A DNA stretch of 32,000 nucleotides from Aliivibrio fischeri ES114. GTDB lineage: Bacteria; Pseudomonadota; Gammaproteobacteria; Enterobacterales; Vibrionaceae. How positions within the stretch are numbered: position 1 is the first letter of the stretch; every line of letters begins with the position of its first letter. The notes below the pieces were generated by a model. That model searched no databases and was not told the DNA's origin. It worked only from the letters and a program-made list of their open reading frames with translations. The translations under genes and the position numbers were made by a program. Shown piece by piece: positions 28,575 through 32,000 of this stretch. The stretch lies in the NCBI RefSeq assembly GCF_000011805.1, contig NC_006840.2. One strand, written 5' to 3'.

Positions 28575-30465
28575 TAACGGACAACTGGCCTTTGGCGATC
28601 ATCCGTTATTAGATAAATCTGATTTCGCTTTACAAGAAAATGAGCGTGTTTGTTTGGTTGGTCGCAATGGTGCGGGTAAATCGACGCTTATGAAGGTAAT
28701 TGCTGGTGACATCATTATGGATGACGGCAAATTACAAATTAATCAAGATGTGGTGGTTTCACGTTTAGAGCAAGATCCACCTCGAAATGAAGCGGGAACG
28801 GTTTTTGACTACGTTTCTGAAGGATTAGCAGAGGCGGGTGAATATTTAAAAGAATATCACCGTCTGCTTGATCTACTAGAAACAGATCCAAGTGAATCAA
28901 ATATTAATAAGCTTTCTCGTGCTCAAGAAAAAATTGATCACCTAGGTGCTTGGCACTTTGATACCCGCATTAAATCAGTATTAGAATCATTAAAACTGGA
29001 CGGACATACACTTTTAACAGATTTATCTGGTGGCTGGCAGCGTAAAGCAGCACTTGCTCGTGCGTTAGTTTCTAATCCTGATGTTCTTCTTCTTGATGAA
29101 CCAACGAACCACTTAGATGTGACAACGATTGAATGGCTTGAAACTTTCTTAAAAGACTTTAAAGGTTCAATTATCTTTATTTCGCATGACCGTGCATTCA
29201 TTCAATCAATGGCGACACGTATTGTTGACTTGGATCGTGGTCAATTGTCTTCTTTCCCTGGTGATTATGAAGGTTATTTACTTGCGAAAGAAGAGATGCT
29301 GCGTGTAGAAGCAGAGCAGAATGCCCAATTTGATAAAGTGCTTGCTCAAGAAGAAGCATGGATCCGTGAAGGTATTAAAGCACGTCGTACCCGTAATGAG
29401 GGGCGTGTGCGTGCTTTAAAACAATTACGTCGAGAGCGTTCAGAACGTCGTGAAGTAATGGGTAAAGCGAACATTCAAGTGGATGAATCAAGTCGTTCAG
29501 GCAAGATTGTATTTGAAGCAGAAAAGATTAATTACGCAATTGAAGGTAAGACAATTGTTAAAAACTTCAGCTTTAATGTCATGCGTGGTGACCGTATCGC
29601 TTTAATTGGTCCAAATGGCTGTGGTAAGAGTACATTATTAAAACTGATGCTTGATCAATTACAACCTGATTCAGGTCGTTTGCATTGTGGTACTAAGCTA
29701 GAAGTGGCGTATTTTGACCAATACCGTGAAGCGTTAGACCCTGAAAAAACGGTAATTGATAACTTAGCCGATGGTAAGCAAGAAGTGACTGTGGGTGGCC
29801 GTGAGCGTCATGCATTAAGTTATTTACAAGATTTCTTATTCTCTCCAAAACGTGCTCGTCAACCAGTTAAAGCATTGTCTGGTGGTGAGAAAAACCGTTT
29901 ATTACTTGCTCGTTTATTCCTTCGTCCTAATAATTTATTGATTCTTGATGAACCAACCAATGATTTAGATATCGAAACATTGGAACTTTTAGAAGAATTA
30001 CTTGCCAATTATCAGGGTACGTTATTATTAGTAAGCCATGACCGTCAGTTTGTTGATAACACAGTTACGACAAGTTGGATCTTCGAAGGTGAGGGCCAGA
30101 TCGAAGAATTCGTAGGTGGTTATCACGATGCACAGCAACAACGTGCTAATGTACAGGCCGCTCGTGATGCAATGGCACCTAAAGTAACTAAGAAGAAGCC
30201 CGAAACTGTTGAAGTTAAAGAAACAGCAGTGCAAGCGAAACCAAAGAAATTATCTTATAAGTTGCAGCGTGAGCTTGAACAGCTACCTGAACTTTTAGAG
30301 AAACTAGAAAACGAAATTACAGAACTTCAAGAGAAAGTGAACGACGCAACTTTCTTCCAACAAGAGCCGAAGGTAACTGAACCTGTATTGGCTCGCTTGG
30401 CTCAAGCAGAGCAAGAGTTGGAAGTAGCATTCGAGCGTTGGGAAGAACTTGAAGCTCTACAATAG
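28555..30465 (+). CDS. uup: ABC-F ATPase Uup
   Basis: 636 aa; two ATPase domains (GRNGAGKST, GPNGCGKST), LSGGWQRK and LSGGEKNR signatures, C-terminal coiled coil. Confidence 0.94.
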   Translation: MALLTINNGQLAFGDHPLLDKSDFALQENERVCLVGRNGAGKSTLMKVIAGDIIMDDGKLQINQDVVVSRLEQDPPRNEAGTVFDYVSEGLAEAGEYLKEYHRLLDLLETDPSESNINKLSRAQEKIDHLGAWHFDTRIKSVLESLKLDGHTLLTDLSGGWQRKAALARALVSNPDVLLLDEPTNHLDVTTIEWLETFLKDFKGSIIFISHDRAFIQSMATRIVDLDRGQLSSFPGDYEGYLLAKEEMLRVEAEQNAQFDKVLAQEEAWIREGIKARRTRNEGRVRALKQLRRERSERREVMGKANIQVDESSRSGKIVFEAEKINYAIEGKTIVKNFSFNVMRGDRIALIGPNGCGKSTLLKLMLDQLQPDSGRLHCGTKLEVAYFDQYREALDPEKTVIDNLADGKQEVTVGGRERHALSYLQDFLFSPKRARQPVKALSGGEKNRLLLARLFLRPNNLLILDEPTNDLDIETLELLEELLANYQGTLLLVSHDRQFVDNTVTTSWIFEGEGQIEEFVGGYHDAQQQRANVQAARDAMAPKVTKKKPETVEVKETAVQAKPKKLSYKLQRELEQLPELLEKLENEITELQEKVNDATFFQQEPKVTEPVLARLAQAEQELEVAFERWEELEALQ

Positions 30466-30473
30466 GAAGTTAA

Positions 30474-32000
30474 ATGAGTAGTAAATTACAATTAACCACA
30501 TTAGCTGTTTTGGTGTCTGCTGCGCTTCCTGCGCAAGCAGCACTTTATAAAGTGGTGGAAGTAGCTCCAGGTGTTTCTGGTAATGAAGTATATGGAACAG
30601 CTATTCAACCAGGGGCCACAACTGATTCAAAAGGGTGTTTTGTTGATGATTGTGCTGAAGGGGCTAGTTATAAATTAGCAGGCGAAACTCGTAATCGTCC
30701 TGATGGTTTTTCATATCGTGAAGAAGTTCCTTTCGCAATGGACAATTCATTTGCGTACATTGAAGATGATTACGATGGTTTTGAAGATTACTGTTTCTAT
30801 CAATTAGGTTATGCTACGTGTGAATACTGGGCTTCTGATCGTTGGTCTAGTTGGTACAATGAGACATATAGTAGTAATACACCTAACTCATTAGCATTTA
30901 TTGAAGGTACAGCGGTTCTACCTACTGATGCGAAAAATACAGTGATTAATTCACTTAATTCATCTGGTTCAGCTATTGGTAATTACAGTACTGCAACCGT
31001 TCGTAATACTCCTATTAATGGGGACATTACGGGATGGAAACAAGGGCGTCAATGGGCAACAAATGGAACTTACAGTGTTGGAAGCGTCTCTTCTCGTACA
31101 GGTACTGGCGGCGAACGTTATTATTATTTTTCAAAACCAGCAGTATGGAATGGAACAACTTTAAATGCAGTTAAATGGGCATATAATGATCAACAAGATG
31201 GAGATTATTACGCTCAAGGTAGTATGCGTGATTTATATGTGGATGGAACAACTTTTTATGGTGTTGGCTATAACAACTATAAAGACCAACATATGAATGC
31301 AACTATTTTTAAAGGAACGACTACAGATTTAACTAATCTTAACTCAGTTCAAATTAATAATGCTCAAGTAGATATTAGTGGTGATAATATTCACTCTAAC
31401 TCGGTAGCTACCAATATTAATAAGAACTTAGTTGTGGTTGGTCAAGCAAAACGTTCTGGTGGTTACCCGAAAAATGGTGCCGCATCGAATCGTTTGTTCA
31501 TTGTTCCTGATGCATCAGCAAGTTCAATTAATGCTTCCTTCTTCTATGGTGGTATCTTCTTTGATGGTGCTGGTGGTGAAATGGGTGGTATTAACAATTA
31601 CAATGAAATTGTTGGTCGTATTGACTCTGAGAATCACCGTGAATACGATGGCAAGCAACGTCGTCAACGTGCATTTATTTACCCGTATGGTGTAACACCT
31701 AAAGTAACAGTTCCTGCAGAAGTAACAGCAATTAATGATCGTAAAGCTATCTTTAAAAATAAAGCTTGGCTTCTTGATGATCTAACAAATGGTGGTTCTG
31801 AAAGCAGTAACAATAACCAATATCGTATCTATGATGCCAGTGACATCAATGATGCTGGTGTTATCTCAGCAACAGCAGTGAAATGTTCTGGTGGTTATGA
31901 CTCTACATCACATAACGCATATTGTGGAGATGGTAACGGAACTGAAAAAGTTGTGGCGGTTAAGTTAGTTCCAATTGCAGGATCTGATGCTTCTGCGATA
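30474..32000 (+). CDS. DUF3466-family secreted protein, 3' end beyond the window
   Basis: Open frame of 509 codons with no stop through 32000, starting MSSKLQLTTLAVLVSAALPAQAALYKVVEVAPGVSGNEVYGTAIQPGA; HAF-like repeats such as DINDAGVISATA. Absent from the ORF track because it is open-ended. Confidence 0.87.
   Translation, partial: MSSKLQLTTLAVLVSAALPAQAALYKVVEVAPGVSGNEVYGTAIQPGATTDSKGCFVDDCAEGASYKLAGETRNRPDGFSYREEVPFAMDNSFAYIEDDYDGFEDYCFYQLGYATCEYWASDRWSSWYNETYSSNTPNSLAFIEGTAVLPTDAKNTVINSLNSSGSAIGNYSTATVRNTPINGDITGWKQGRQWATNGTYSVGSVSSRTGTGGERYYYFSKPAVWNGTTLNAVKWAYNDQQDGDYYAQGSMRDLYVDGTTFYGVGYNNYKDQHMNATIFKGTTTDLTNLNSVQINNAQVDISGDNIHSNSVATNINKNLVVVGQAKRSGGYPKNGAASNRLFIVPDASASSINASFFYGGIFFDGAGGEMGGINNYNEIVGRIDSENHREYDGKQRRQRAFIYPYGVTPKVTVPAEVTAINDRKAIFKNKAWLLDDLTNGGSESSNNNQYRIYDASDINDAGVISATAVKCSGGYDSTSHNAYCGDGNGTEKVVAVKLVPIAGSDASAI

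Noticed and set aside
30976-31695. ORFs 30976..31164 and 31432..31695 in the right-edge region
   Set aside because: Both lie inside the continuous 509-codon DUF3466 frame (30474..32000) and are in a different frame from it; they appear only because the real ORF is open-ended.
1-32000. Search for a mobile element, defence island, CRISPR, retron, toxin-antitoxin or other new system
   Set aside because: Genes are housekeeping-type with core-genome order; no integrase, transposase, tRNA boundary, direct-repeat array, reverse transcriptase, nuclease cluster or obvious composition shift was seen by eye.

Overview
This 32 kb window looks like ordinary chromosomal core sequence from a Vibrionaceae member, probably Aliivibrio/Vibrio-like (inferred from protein character and gene order, no database search). 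About 21 protein-coding genes are supportable. In order they are: the 5' end of umuD with a perfect LexA/SOS box; a PheC-like periplasmic protein; a TSUP (TauE/SafE) permease; efpL/yeiP; a fused ThrE-type exporter; rsmF; letB; letA; an ABC exporter; msrC; proQ; prc; an uncharacterised secreted protein; pepN; a DUF2835 protein; NAD-glutamate dehydrogenase; pyrD; zapC; rlmKL; a glutaredoxin-like protein; uup; and a DUF3466 protein that runs off the right edge. I found no tRNA, rRNA, CRISPR array, transposase, phage or defence genes, and no convincing new multi-gene system. The items most worth a second look are: the SOS box and partial umuD at the left edge (not in the ORF track); an ABC exporter closely packed with letA-letB; a palindromic element between rsmF and the ThrE-like gene; a candidate pyrimidine-responsive start-site-switch leader upstream of pyrD; a perfect dyad directly downstream of a TATAAT upstream of the glutamate dehydrogenase gene; an uncharacterised two-repeat secreted protein; and an unexplained ~630 bp gap with dyads between zapC and rlmKL. 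Several ORF-track starts are probably too long and are corrected here.
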